DNA of 64,000 bases, taken from Vermamoeba vermiformis. Lineage: Eukaryota. This document shows, one piece after another, positions 36,929-51,086 of this stretch. Location: the NCBI GenBank assembly GCA_045837725.1, contig JBEWZL010000220.1, positions 124,001 to 188,000 of the forward strand, read 5' to 3'. The number at the start of each line of letters is the position of its first letter. The first letter of the stretch is position 1. The position numbers were made by a program, and so were the translations under genes. Below the pieces are notes generated by a model, which saw only the letters and a program-made list of their open reading frames with translations, was not told where the DNA came from and did no database searches.

Positions 36929-38192
36929 ATGCCTATTTTATACTCAGTAGTTGCTCGTGGTACAGTCGTGTTGGCTGAATACGCCGCTAAGACTGGTAAT
37001 ATTGATAAAGTTGTCAAGAAATTGCTCGAGAAAATACCAAGCGCAGATGGACGCATGTCCTATGTATTCGAAAGGTAATATTATACAAATGCAGGTGCTA
37101 CATAAGAGAATCGAAAATGGTACCAATTTGATTTATGTAGTTGTCTTGAATTTCACATAAATGGATTTGCGAAATAATGAAAATATTTAAATCAATAACG
37201 AGCTTCATAGGCAATAAAATTATAATATATTTTAATACCCAATAATATATTTTTAACAACGCCTAATTTGATCGGATCGCTTGTCTCTAAATATTTATGT
37301 ACGGCGTTTTTAACTTAATATCTAATTTTATTATCATCACAATAGCCACTACTTCCATTATGTGGTTGAAGATGGTATTACCTACTTGTGTATGGCCGAA
37401 GAATCTTTTGGTCGTCGAATCCCCTTCGCTTTCCTCGAGGACGTGAAGAACCGCTTTAAAGTCACTTACGGCACTAGAGCTAAGACTGCCGTTGCTTTTT
37501 CTATGCAAGCTGACTTTGCCAGAACTCTTCAAAACTTGACGGTATGCCTACCAGATCGAGTCGTTTTAGGATCTGTAATTAACATACTACTGATCCCGTA
37601 GGAATATTATTCCAACACACAAAACTCAGACAAGATCACAAAGCTTAAGGGTGAACTTGATGAGGTCAAGAACGTCATGGTTACTAATATCGGTATGCAC
37701 AACTTACCTTGAGACGCGATCCAGATCTAACTTCATTTCAATGCTTAGAGAAGGTTTTGGAGCGCGGTGAAAAGATCGAGTTGTTGGTCGACAAGACTGA
37801 TCAATTGAACCAAACTTCAGTGAACTTCAGAAAGAAGGCTACCCAATTAAAGCGTTCGATGTGGTGGAAGAACGTCAAGTTGACCATCATGATTATTTTG
37901 ATCCTCATCGTACGTCTACACTTATCTTATTATACACAGTATCTTACATGATATGTAGGTCGTTGTTTATATTATTGTGGCTATTTCTTGCGGTGGTTTA
38001 TTGTTCCAAGGTTGCACTGGATCTGGTACGTCGCCATTGATCAACAAACTATTTTTAGATATTAATAGCGGTTTCTATCATACAGGCAATACTCCTTCTG
38101 ATCCAAACACTCCTTCCGCTGCTCCTACCGCTGCTACTCCCACTACTGCATCTGGATTCCTTCTGCCTTTCTTCCGTAACGCGTTGAACTAG
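36929..38192 (+). CDS. VAMP7: Longin R-SNARE VAMP7
   Basis: MPILYSVVARGTVVLAE longin start, FGRRIPFAFLEDVK, SNARE motif [34 protein letters not shown] and a TM helix. Confidence 0.95.
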
Positions 38193-38342
38193 TTCAAAGA
38201 CTTCTATTGTATTATAATTAATTACGTTAGTAAACGTCTACTTTAACGTAGTATTGTCGGTAATAATAGTCCCAAAGATTAAAACGGCCCATTAGTTGTG
38301 CGCCTTTTTTTAAATCCAAATCTTACTTAGTAACGAAAGCAA

Positions 38343-41300
38343 ATGGCAACAGCTGATCTAGATTATTTTGACTTGCTTTCAAACGAAGTTGTGGCGAATA
38401 TCGTCGGTTTTCTCGATCTAAGTTCCCTGTATCGTTTGACAAGTACGTCCAAGAGGTTGGATGCATTCAAACAAATTTCTAATGAGCAATGGCGACGATA
38501 TTACGCCCAAAAATGGCTTGTGGAGGACAAGGAATTGGCGATCTACAAAATGTAAGCAAAAATATTACTGGAAAATTGTAGAATAAATACAAAAAGTATT
38601 TCTATTGCTTTTGTATGAATCTTTGAAGTAATTCGCAGCTATTTAATAATTTTATTATCGATTCTAACTTGTATGTATTCCATCATGAGCAGAGACAACT
38701 GGCAAAAAGTGTATCATGCTCGACTTAAAGCAGAGAATGATTATTTATTGCGATTAACGTTTGCTCCACCACCAATGCACCTCGAAGATCTGGCGCAGGA
38801 CGAGGAAACAGCGCAACAACAACTGCTGGCCAACAGCTATTGGAAACAGCCAAAACAGGGAAGTGATCAAGAGGATGTCTATTACAGCGCGAACATAGAT
38901 CCTTGGGCTTTTATATTGCTTGACAAAAGTGACGATCCGGATGCAGTTAAAGCTAATCTTCTGTTGATAGAAGGCTTTTTCACTACTGAGCCATGTACGT
39001 GATGATACTAATTATATAGAATGTAGCGCGTATTAATATTCTTTGTAGTTACTGACGAGGACGCGAAACGAGAAATTCTCTCAGGCCGTTTTGAGATCTT
39101 CGTGACGGGCCTGTCAAGATACGCCGCTAAAGATATTGAAATGTTGACTAGTCTATATGTAATCGAGGACTTTTATACAGGTATATTTATAACTTACGAA
39201 GATATTTCAATTGTTCTGTTAGTGAAACTCTTCTAAAACTTTCATGCTGTGCAGCGTCAGAAGAATATAAAGAGCAACGCAAACGACCATTTGGCTTGTT
39301 AGGGCTGTTGGCCAAGTATTTGGACGTGACCCTTCCAGTGCACTTGCTCGCATCTGTTACAAATGCGATTTGGGATGTTGCTGCTTCCGGTACCAATCTC
39401 ACATAACGCTATCCATATAGATTATACATATTGACACGTGTGTATCCCTTAGGTGAGGTTACTGAAGACTTCTTCGTTGGTTTGGATCTCGTACCTAAGT
39501 TGATCGCTGTCATTACCAAGACTAGCGACACCGCGACAAAAAACGCCGCTCTTGCTGCTCTAACGTGGTTCAAGCCTTCAAGCAAGTGTTCAAGCGAGTC
39601 TGCAAAAGAATCAATTAACACGTGTCTTTTCTACCAGAGCCTGAGAACACCAAGCTGCTCAGCAATGCAGCGTTCATGAACATCCTTGTTGATATGTTGT
39701 TCGGAGAAAATCTAACCGAAAATTTCGATACAATCCCTCGGCTATTGATAGTTTTTGGACAATTTAGTACGTGCACGGATCTGTCACATTGTGAGTCTTT
39801 AACTAATATCCTATCATAGATATGCCTGTGGTTGAGGAGATGAGATTAGTGACCAGAATAACCGATCTGCAGCACAAGTACAGCAACCAGCCTGAAAAGT
39901 TGAAGACTCTGCTGGTCGTTGTAAATGCATTTTGTGTTTACTCAAGTACGTCTTGTCAATGCCAGACGTGATCGATTGTTAATATTTTTGCAGAGGATTG
40001 CTGTGTTGAGCTTGCACAGCACGAGACAGCATTGGAGTTTGTCATGAGTTTGATCACGGACTCAAAGGATGACGCAATCAGAAAAGTTGCAGAGAGTGCT
40101 CTGTTAATTATTGATAGCGTTGCTAGAGTTGGTAGGGACTAAAATTATACGGTATTATGGTGTTAAGTTAACGCGCGTTGCAATGAGACAGAGATGGGTG
40201 CGGATCGATTGCTTGAGTTCAACACCGTGGACAAATTATTGCCTTTTATGGAGGACCCATCCAACACTCATTTGTTCCAGCACATTTACACCACGCTCCA
40301 CAATCTTACTGATTTTGCTAGCATGAACGGTATAATGATCGAACTGTTCGCACCAAGCAAAAGGTCTAATCGCTTTCTAGGATTTGGTGACGAAATAAAT
40401 GCAAAGGTATTGCAATACAAAGACGCGCTCGTGGATCGTGGAGTTGACTCGGCCACAGAGGAGGTGCGGGAAGCGTGCAACGGATTTTGGACCAATTTTT
40501 CTTGCGGTAAGTTCAATAAGTGACACGTGTCAATCGAACCCAATTAACTGCTTATTGAAAGCGATGCCACCACCACGAGATGTATCGATCAAGCTTATTG
40601 ATAGAACGCTTCCGAGCATTTCAAGTGCCACGACGAAGTTGAACGTGAAGAAAGATACTGCTTTATTGCTAGCTAACATTGCTGAAGTGGACTGTAAGAC
40701 TGCCCTTAACGAAAGAATAGTTACTAATAATGTTTTTATTATTCGATAGTTGATGCGTTCGAGGGCAAAGACTTGACCAAGCTATTCAATTACTTGGCGG
40801 AATATCTCATCAATTTCGATGGTGCCAAAGAACGTACCGAGCTTCTTAGACTCGAAAAAGAAAAAGAAAAAGAAGCGCAGGTGAAGGCAGGCGGTGTTGC
40901 TGCTGAAATGCCTGAGAAGAATGAGGACGCTGAAGAAGATGAAAATCATGATGAAGACGAAGAGATTGACATGCAATCGGATCAAGAGATCGATGGTCCT
41001 TCAGATAGTATGGATGTTGATGATAATGAAGCTGAAGAGGACTCTATGGCTGTCGAAGACTACGTGGAGGATGAAAAACCGGATCATGCAAAAGTGGCGG
41101 ACAGTCCTTGGCCCTTAAATTTGCTCGCGTACCTTGCTCGATTCGGTATGCATATACGGAGCATTTATATAACATTACTAATGATCGTTATGCTCAGATT
41201 ATATTAAGAAGATTGCGATCCAAAACGAAAGATTGTTACACAAGATGTTTTTATTATACGAAGACAAGTCGCTTATATACGAGAATCACTATATGGTGAT

Positions 41301-41773
41301 GTACTTCTTCAGTCATTTAGTACTACTGCCAGGTAACTTTCTGATCCGATTTCGATCCGTTACAAATGAAAACTCGCTCTTACAATGCGTTATAGGTTGG
41401 AATTCTGCAAAGGCCTTGGCATGCATCGAAGAGTTTGCTCTAAAGGCTCCTTGTGATCTCGAGTGGAACTTTGTCTTTTCACTGATTTCGCCGTACGCGC
41501 ATCTGCTTCGAAAAGACAATCCAACGCCATTGGTCATTTTTGGCTCTTGGGTTCTAGCTCATATGTCGACTACGGGTAATAACTATACGCCATTTTAATG
41601 CCCTGGAGAACGAATTAATGACAGCATTATTAGAACCTGGCCGACAAATATTGAAGAAAGAACTGGATCCCGAGGTGTTGAAGTGGCTCAAAGCGTATCC
41701 TCACACGAAGGTCGAAGATAATATGACTCACCTCACTCTAAATATGAAGAAAAAGATCAGTAGACGACATTAA
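38343..41773 (+). CDS. F-box + ARM/HEAT-like repeat protein, tandem paralog 1
   Basis: FDLLSNEVVANIVGFLDLSSLYRLTSTSKRL F-box; helical exons sharing motifs SGRFEI, RPFGLLGLLA, PPPRDVS and KDNPTPLV with the next two genes. Confidence 0.75.
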
Positions 41774-41983
41774 CCATAAAAGGGTTTGTCCGTGTCGGAT
41801 AGAGTTTAAATTAATTGCTCTGAGCGATCGAAATTACAATTAACTGCGTAATTGCTATTATTGAGCTATATTAATCCAGAATAAGCTAGCTTTTTCAAAC
41901 GAAAAGATTGCAATCATTCAGTCTCGGAGATTTTGCCTTGGAGATTTTTTCCCCTCCGTTTATATTACGTAATTATCTTCCAT

Positions 41984-44900
41984 ATGACAACAATGGATAG
42001 GGATTGCTTCGATCTCATTTCAAACGAGGTAGTTGCTAGTATTTTTGGATCGCTTGATCTTCAGTCGTTGTACCATGTAACCAGCGCTTCTACACGACTT
42101 CATGCTTTTCAACAATTATCTAACGACCAATGGAGACGATTGTATGCCGACAGATGGCTATTGGACGACAGAGAGCTTGCGATCTATCCTGGGTAAGCAA
42201 TTATTTATTTTCAAGGCTCTGAATAATTGCCCAATTGGGCGGAATTATTAGATATTAAATAGTGATACATATTTGTAATTTTTAGGCTCAACTGGCAAAA
42301 GATTTACCAAGATCGTTTCATATCCGAAAAAGATCTTGTTTTGCGGAGTGCGGAAGCTGCTGCAAAGTGGCAGGCCGAGCTCGATGTTAAAATACAAAAC
42401 GGTACGGATACTTTTGATGATTGGTTGGATTTGCCCGAAGACGAAGAAGCTGGTTTTACTCTCTCAGCAGACCCTTTTGCTGCTCTCCTCAACAACATGC
42501 ATTCCGGGGGTTCTTTTTACTCGGACTTATCAAGTATAATATTATTTCTTCATGGAGCTTCGCTTAAGCCCGTGCAGGAAATGATTTTAAGCGGTCGCTT
42601 TGAGATCTTGGTCACGGTATTTGCATCGAGACGCGACGACAACCTATTAGAGTACTTCCTTCCGATTTTTGAAAGATTCTACCAAGGTAAGTACACACAT
42701 TGTGCGCTTAGATATTAACGAAAAGAACTTCAGCGTCTGCCGGCTACAAAGAACAGCGCAAGCGACCCTTCGGGCTTATTGGTCTGTTGGCCAATAAACT
42801 CGATCCGACACTCTCTCAGGGTGCACTTCTAGCTGTTGCGAATGCCTTATGGGAAGTTGCTTCTGCAGGTAAAATCTACCAAGCTAGATCTGTTGACATC
42901 CTTGCTGATCGCCACCTTTGATCTGATTAGAGGAGATAACCGAAGAGATGTTTGTTGCCTTGGACATCATTCCTAAGTTGGCCAACGTCATTATGAAGAC
43001 TAAATGTGACGAGACTAAGGAAGCTTGTTTTTCTATTTTGACTTTCTTCACCACCACAAGTAAGCCATATCCGCTTTAATTTGTGATGAGCGACTCTTAT
43101 TGTTTATTCACAGCGCCTGAAAGCGACAAGGTGACGACCAATGTTCCGTTCTTGAAAAAGCTCATCGAGATGCTGTTTGAAGAGAACTCAACATTCCTTA
43201 GTATGATTCCGTGCGCCTTTCGAATGTTCTATAAATCAGGTGGGTCCCATCTCGTGCACTTTTAACCGATAGATTCGGTTTAATAACTTTCCGTAGACAT
43301 TTCGTTTGTCGAAAGAAATCGCGTGGCTAGCAGACTCGTGTGGTTGGTGCGCAAGAGCGTCAATGATCCCAAGCTAGTGTCCCTCTTGTTAAACGCTTGC
43401 ATCGATCTTTGCATTGATTCGGGTACGCAACAAAATATTATTCACGACCACTAGATTAATGGATTCTGGTTAGACGATTGCTGCACGGAGTTGGCCCAAA
43501 TTCCTACGTTAGGCTTTTTAACCAGTCTGATCAACGAACAAACGGACGAGGCCAATCAAAAGGTGGCCACGAAAGCTGCTCTGCTTCTTGATGTCATTAC
43601 TAGAGTTGGTAGGTGAAATATGCTGTGGATCTTTGCTCTGCTATCTGTTGGACTAACGGAAACATCTAGATGTCTGCACGTGCAGCTTATTGGAGTTAAA
43701 TGCCGTGGACAGATTATTGCCTTATTTGGAAAACCCCGACAACAAGCACTTATTCAAGCACATTTACAACATTCTCTATTCGTTATGTAGATACGTGTAT
43801 ACGAACGGTATGACGATAACACTCGGAAGGTGATGGCTTCTCTAATAACATTCCATTTTGCAGATGTTAACGGCGAAATCTTTGCCAAGTTACTCCAGCG
43901 CAGAGATTTGCTTCTTGACTGTGGCGACTTGTCAGCGACGGAAGAGGTGCAAGAGGCGTGCAGCAATTTCTGGCGATATTTCATGCGCGGTAAATTAGAT
44001 TAGTACTCCCAATTGTGCATTATTAACAAGCTATGTGCAGCTGTACCTCCACCACGAGATGTGTCCGTCAAGCTCGTCAATCGAGCCCTGCCAATTGCAC
44101 TCAACGATGTCGCTGCCAGTGTGGACTTGAAGAAGGAATACTCCTTTTTGCTCGCTGACACCGCTGAAGCTGACCGTACGAGCTTTATTATTGCCTTCAC
44201 AAAATCTCTTAACCTTTGTATTTCACAGCGGCCGCGTTCCAAAGCACACACTTGCAGAAGTTGTTCAACGCGATGGCTGAGCGTCTGGTCAACTTCAACG
44301 CGACCAAAGAGCACACAGAACTTAGCAATCTCGAGAAAGACAGATACAGTCCTAATCAAGTGACTACTGAAATCTCCGCAGCATCAACTAGTGTTGATAC
44401 AGAAGTCGATCAAGGCAATGATGTCGCTACTGATCGCACTACTAGTGATCCGAATGACGCGCCTAAACTTATCGAATGTCCATTGTCGTTGGATGTGCTT
44501 GTTGGGCTCGTTCAATTTGGTACGTAGTGAATCTTTACGATGCCTCTGCTAAAGTTTTTCATACCTATCAGATGAGTGCAAGAAACTTGCTGTCCAGAAC
44601 GAGAAGCTCATGAACAAGTTGTTCACGTTGTACGACGACAAGTCCTTAGATGTTAAAGCTCGGTTCTATATAGCGGTGCTATTCAGCAGATTGGTTGGAA
44701 TGAATGGTATGTGTGGGATCTGGATTAGATCAAACTCCTCTTACTGACCGAATACTTCAGATTGGGACTCTGCCAAAGCATTGGAATGCATCGAGCACTT
44801 TGCTATTACTCATCGATATTACGTAGAGATGACTGTTGCATTCTCGCGCACAGCAACGTTCGCGCATCTGTTTCACAAGGATAATCCGACCCCTTTGGTC

Positions 44901-45183
44901 TTGTTGGGCTCTTGGATCGTCGCTCATATGACCATTGAAGGTAATAATACCATTATATTAGTTAGAGTTGAGCTAACGGCAGTAATCAGGAACGGATCGA
45001 AAAGTGCTGAGAAAAGAACTCGATCCGGAGTTGTTGAAGTGGCTTGAGACCTATCCTCATGAAAGAGTGGCCTATCATACGGTTCTAGTCAATCGCTTGA
45101 TGAATAGAAAGCGAAAGAGAGAAGATTGTACGGAGGTACTTGTGGATGTCGCCGCTCCTGCCCCCAAAAGATTAACCAAGTAA
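41984..45183 (+). CDS. F-box + ARM/HEAT-like repeat protein, tandem paralog 2
   Basis: FDLISNEVVASIFGSLDL F-box; largely shared exon structure; C-terminal RKRKRE basic motif. Confidence 0.75.
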
Positions 45184-45340
45184 CAACACTCCGAGTTGAC
45201 TCCATATATATGATTATCCACTTAATCTACATTCTTAGTAAAATCGTAAGCCAATTAAAACAAAAATTCTCGATCCAGTTTTTCGTATTTTTGGACAAGG
45301 AAAGTTTTTGCTGCGGTCTTTGATCAATTAAAGATTATTA

Positions 45341-48300
45341 ATGGCCACAACAGATAGTACCAATTGTTTGGATTTGCTTTCTAACGAAGTAGTCGCGAAT
45401 GTAATCAGCTTTCTCGATCTCTTTTCGCATCTCGCTTTTATACGGACTTATACACGCTTATATGAATTCAAACAAATATCTAACGAACAATGGCGTTTAT
45501 ATTATGCTGAGAGATGGTTATTGGACGATAAAGAGCTGGCTACATACTCGCTGTAAGCAGAGAATAATAATTTTTAGTTTATTTCAATAATATCATTTTT
45601 GACATTTAAAAAAATTAGTAAATAATTCCCTCGTCATTAACAGCGCATTAAGGCTTATATATAATATATTTTATTAGCAATAATTGGCAAGAAATATTTC
45701 AGGATCGATTTACTTCAGAAAAAGAATATCAATTGCGCATAAAAGAAGCAAGGGATAATCTAGAAAACGAGTTTAATAAGAAAGTGTTGAATCACAGTCA
45801 AATTGAGGAGTTCTCGCGACTAATTTTGACCAAGCCCAGAGAAGGCACCGACGAACTTGATCATTATTATACACCTTCAGCTGACCCATGGGCAGATCTT
45901 TTGGAATCAGATTGGCATATTGACGAGAATATCGCGTTAATTAAAGCTTTTTGGACCGAGCCATGTAAGTACAATCAATTTAATTTAACTTTGTTCCTAA
46001 TAATTAGCAATATTTTTTTTAGTTACAAAGGCTGATGCTATGAGAGAAGTATTATCAGGTCGTTTCGAGATTATTGTAACGGCGATCTCAAGAGTTGCCG
46101 AAAAAGATCCGAAAGTGTTAGTCAATCTCGATGTATTTAGTCAATTCTATCACGGTAAGTCGCTATATTAATATAAATGATATATTATTAAATAACTATC
46201 TTAGTGTGGGATTACTATGCGTGTGACGGCTATCAAGAACTACGTACTCGGCCTTTTGGCTTGCTTGGTCTGTTGGCTAAATATCTCGATCCAACTCTGC
46301 CTGAAGAGGTGCTACATGTCCTTATTAACACGCTGGGGGATGTTTTCTCAAATGGTAGGCGCAATTGCGTTATTGTAAACCGCAACTTTTTGACACGTGT
46401 CATTTAGAAAAGGCGACAGAAGATGTCTTTATCGCATTAGATCTCATACCCAAGTTGGTTAATGTGGCTATGAAGAGTATTAGGAGTACTAATATGGGGG
46501 TTAAGCATCTCTTGTTACATTTTCGACCATCAAGTACGTTAATATTACCAGATAAGGAAAGATCTAACGGCATTGTTTAATTAGAACCTGAAACGCATAG
46601 AGCACTTCATAGTCATCCAGTACTTATTGAGCTAATTCAACAGTTATTCGAGGAAAATCCGTCAAATTTGGAAATGATTCCTTGGTGCATATTTGCTTTT
46701 ACTACATCAAGTAAGATCCAATATGAACACTAACGATTATGCAATATATTGAATATATTCAGACGTGCCGCTAATCGAGGAAAGTCTCGTGGTCAGTCGC
46801 CTGATGTACTGGATGCGGAAAAATGTGAGCGATATAGCTATGTTAGGAGAGCTGTTCTCAGCATGTATTCCGATATGTCATCGTGCAAGTACGTGCCATT
46901 GCCTTATTTTTATTCGAAATGATTAATATTTTCTATTAGAGGGTGGCTATCGTGAACTTGCAGACAAGTCTTCTTTGCAGTTTTTGCTAAGTTTGCTTGA
47001 TGACAACATCGTTAGCACAAGTGCTGCAATGTTAATTGGTGGTGTTGCAAGCATAGGTACGCTAGTAGATAATAAGCATGAATTAATATAGGCATTGATT
47101 ATCTGTTCCAAGATGAGGGTGCGAGTTGTTTGTTAGAAATGAAAGCAGAAGACAAATTGTTGCTGATGATGCAAGATGACGATAATATGGCAGTATACAC
47201 GCAATTATATACGATATTATCATCTTTGATAGAATACACTTCTGAGAAAGGTAAATAATCTTCGTTGTTTGTTCGGATCAGATCAGATCTTGACAGATGA
47301 TCTTTTAGGCATTGAAGAGGAGCTCTTAGCTAAGATATTGAGACATAAAGACGTACTTGTTAGTCGTGGTGCTAAAGATTGGTACGGCTTGCAACAGGCG
47401 TGCATTGATTTTTGGATTAGTTTCACGAGTGGTACGTTACCAAACCTATTCACTACTTTGCCATAATATACGTATTTTAATGGCTATAATTATTTATAGC
47501 TATGCCTGCACCAAGAGACGTGGCTATACAGCTCATTGATAGAGTGCTTCCCGTTGCACTTAAAAAGAAAGACGATGAACAGGATGAAAGTTCCCTTGAA
47601 AGTTCGGAAGAATCAAGCCACCATAGTGCTGGAGATAGTGATGGAAATGTTATTAGTTACGATGAAGATGATGATCATGAGTTGGAAGTAACTGAAGAAT
47701 CAGTGTTGTCATTACTTGGAAATATCGCGGACAGCGACAGTACGTAATCTAAAAATGATTATTATTGTCACTATTTGTTAACCTATTGAACTTTCAGTCG
47801 ATGCATTTGAAGGCAAAGATGTCGTGGGATTGTTCAATCAAACGACGGAAAAACTCGTCAATTTCGATAGTACTCAGAATGGCACTTATCCCAGGGCTTT
47901 AGACTTGCTCGTTTTTCTCGTAAGACTCGGTACGTATAATACAAAATAAGACTAGTAGCACTGGCTTACCTTCGTGTCAGACGATCTCAAAAAAATCGCG
48001 ATCCAAAACGAAGGTTTTATGAACAAATTGTTCTTATTGTACGACGATGAATCATCCGAAAATCAATGCAAATTATATATAACGATACTATTCAGTCGTT
48101 TAGTGCCTATTCGTGGTAAGTAGAATAAGTTTAGCGAAATTTCCTCCAAAGTACTCATCTTCCGTTCTATTAATTCTCACCGACAGGCTGGGATTCTGCC
48201 AGGGCCATGGCGTACATCGAAAAGTTTGCCGTTGAAACGAGTTATGATCTGGAATTGGATTGCGTTTTTCCGCTGCTCTCACCTTATGCGCATCTGCTTC

Positions 48301-48596
48301 GAAAAGACAATCCAGCGCCATTAGTCTTGTTTGGTTCTTGGTTCTTAGCCCATATGACAACGAATGGTAATAATATTTTATCTTTTAGAATGGACTAAAT
48401 GTTGGTTATTATAGAGCCAGGACGAAAAGCGCTGAGAAAAGAACTCGATCCAGAGTTGTTGAAATGGTTCAACTCTTATCCTCATGATAGAGTGGCATAT
48501 CATATGGTACAAGTTAATCAGTTGATGAATAGAAAGCGAAAGCGAGAAGAAGGGTCAGACGACCCAGATCCACTCTCGTTGCGTCGAAGACTTTAG
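45341..48596 (+). CDS. F-box + ARM/HEAT-like repeat protein, tandem paralog 3
   Basis: LDLLSNEVVANVISFLDL F-box; largely shared exon structure; C-terminal RKRKREE. Confidence 0.75.
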
Positions 48597-48946
48597 GCGT
48601 CATGGTAAAAAAAAAAGAAAGAATTGATTTGAAAACTAAGTTTTTGATCTCTGACATTGTAGTTTAGCAACGGTATTACTGGTCATTAGCGATTCGATTC
48701 AGAATACAATACCGTGGATCTACCTGGCACTCTGACGCCAAGCACCGGAGATAGCGCGTTTCGTGCTGGCATAAGTCTCATTCTATTATTTCGGAGTACG
48801 ATATGAAATTGAATGCGAAGTTCGTAATTGGATCTAAACAATGATCTCCTCTCAGCAGCTGGTAATCAATCAAACTAAATCAACGAATAAACTTGATAAA
48901 AAGCGAACAGCACAAAAGCCAAAACCACTTTCTGCAAACTCAAAAA

Positions 48947-49276
48947 ATGCTTTCCGCTTTAAAGCTGACCAGAAGTGTCCCTCGCCGGCCTATCTCTCCT
49001 GCTGGATTGCGCGCTTTGGGTGAGGCTTTGCAAGGGTTAGGCATCTCTTTTCGCGTTGATCCACTGGATCGTGCGCCGAGTAGTAGCAATGTGCCAGCAG
49101 ACGGTACCACGCTCCCTCATAGCAAACATAATACAGTCTTGTCGAATAATGATGATGAACATGGCTCCTCCAAAGACTGCACACCAGTGGGCTCGTCCGA
49201 CCCACTCGATCGGAAGTGGATCTTTGCAGGTCACAAACTGCCAAACGATAGCTTCACGAAGCAATTTTCAACGTGA
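48947..49276 (+). CDS. Hypothetical small protein, possible mitochondrial presequence
   Basis: MLSALKLTRSVPRRPIS is an Arg-rich, acid-free N-terminus; A-rich start context; DPLDR occurs twice. Confidence 0.45.
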   Translation: MLSALKLTRSVPRRPISPAGLRALGEALQGLGISFRVDPLDRAPSSSNVPADGTTLPHSKHNTVLSNNDDEHGSSKDCTPVGSSDPLDRKWIFAGHKLPNDSFTKQFST

Positions 49277-49450
49277 GAACAACTTATGTATTATATACAT
49301 TCGAACAGCAACATTGTGCACTTGTAAATATTATTAATAAATTTGGATCAGGTTCCGTTCAGTTTGAAACTTCTAAACAGTAGAATTTACCAAACGCGAG
49401 AACACAGCCCTTCATTATAAAATCCTAACTTAGTTACCCCTATATAAAAA

Positions 49451-51086
49451 ATGAAGAAAGGACGACGTGGTTACGAGGACAACAGAGCTAATAAAAGACA
49501 AGACAGATCACGGAAGAATAATATTAAGAGCTTGACCAAATATAAGTACGTAATCATATATATCGACAATAATATTTGAAATAGTTAATTATGCTTCGTA
49601 ACAAAAAATTAATAAGTTTGTAAAATAGCGAGAAGACGAATTTTCCAATTAAATTGGCTATGTGGGTAAGTAGCGTAAATATATAAATATTGATTAAATT
49701 AAGTATGCGCATACAATAATTTTTTGCTCGCGATCGTTCCGGATCTCAAATAAGAATTTCCTCGTGGGGCATTTTTTTGCATCAATTAAACACCTAAAAT
49801 ATCCTATAAGTTATTCCAGGCTAAACTCTTTATTTTGGACAAGTTTGAATTTTTGTCTGATCTTCGATCTTAGGACTTTGGTCAATGCGATAGCAAGAAA
49901 TGTACAGGCCGCAAATTATGCCGGTTAGGTCTTGCACGACAACTAGGGCTCAATCAGAAGTGGAAAGGAATTATTTTAAGTCCGAATGGAAAGAAGGCGG
50001 TCAGTCCTGAAGACAAGGAACTCGTCGAACAACACGGCGTGTGCGTGATTGATTGTTCGTGGGCACAGATTGAAGGCATCCCCTTCGACAAGATGAAGGG
50101 TGAAGAACGACTACGTAAGTATAAGGAATTAATAATCATTGTCAAAAAGTCGCTGGATGCGCGTGATCCAAAAACAATTTTTTTTTTGTCTCGTTTTAAT
50201 TTAATACTATATTTGGTAGTTCCTTTTATGGTCGCCGGAAACCCAGTAAATTATGGCAAACCTATGCAACTTTCATGTGTCGAAGCAGTGGCGGCATCAT
50301 TGTTGATTGTTGGCATGAAAGAGCCCGCCATGGAACTGTTGAACAAATTCAAATGGGGCGAATCTTTTTACGCTGTAAATAAGTACGTAGCGAACACTAA
50401 TATTATAGCCAGTGTCCAATTTTATCACGTGAAACATTGGATCTGATCTTAACTTTTTAGGCACTTGTTCGCACGCTATGTTAAATGTAAGACTGGCGCG
50501 GACATTGTCGTGGCACAAAACGATTATATTTTAGAAATGCAAAAGGAAATAGCTGAACGAAGTAAGTCTCCGAACCTTGGTTGACACGTGTCAAAACCGC
50601 ATCAGCTTGGAGGAGAATTTATTGACACGTGTCAATTCCCTGTTACTTTTACCGTGCAATAACTGATCTATCTTTCACGTAGAAACACACGAAGAATTAG
50701 AAGTTGAAGACGACGGTGAATTTGAAGACATTAATCCGAACCACCGCGACAGATACGTCAGACACAAGGGCCAGAGTGCTGAGAGCGATGAAGACGAAGA
50801 CGACGAGGACGAGGACGATGAGGACGAGGACGATGACGAGAATGAAGATGAGGACGGTGACGGAGATGAAGACGACGAAGATGACGAGGAGAATGATGAA
50901 GATGAAGAAGGAGACGATGAAAATGAGAACGAGGACGAGGATGACGACGAGAACAATAACAGCGATGAAGAAGAGAATGTGAATAGGAATCACAATCATA
51001 ATCGCGAAGAGAGTGATGAAGAAGATGACGAAGAGGTCACGCAAGTCAATCGTCGCATGAACAAGATGCGTTTGAAGCGTAAATAA
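49451..51086 (+). CDS. TSR3: 18S rRNA aminocarboxypropyltransferase with acidic tail
   Basis: KLAMW|DFGQCDSKKCTGRKL, LSPNGKKAVSPED, IDCSWA, AGNPVNYGKPMQLSCVEAVAA, FKWGESF. Confidence 0.95.
50780..51040 (+). repeat. GAN trinucleotide-rich tract encoding the Asp/Glu tail of TSR3
   Basis: Runs of GAC/GAT/GAA/GAG codons. Confidence 0.85.

Noticed and set aside
50675-51044. Poly-Ser, hydrophobic and M/T/R-rich ORFs
   Set aside because: Alternative readings of the TSR3 Asp/Glu codon tract.
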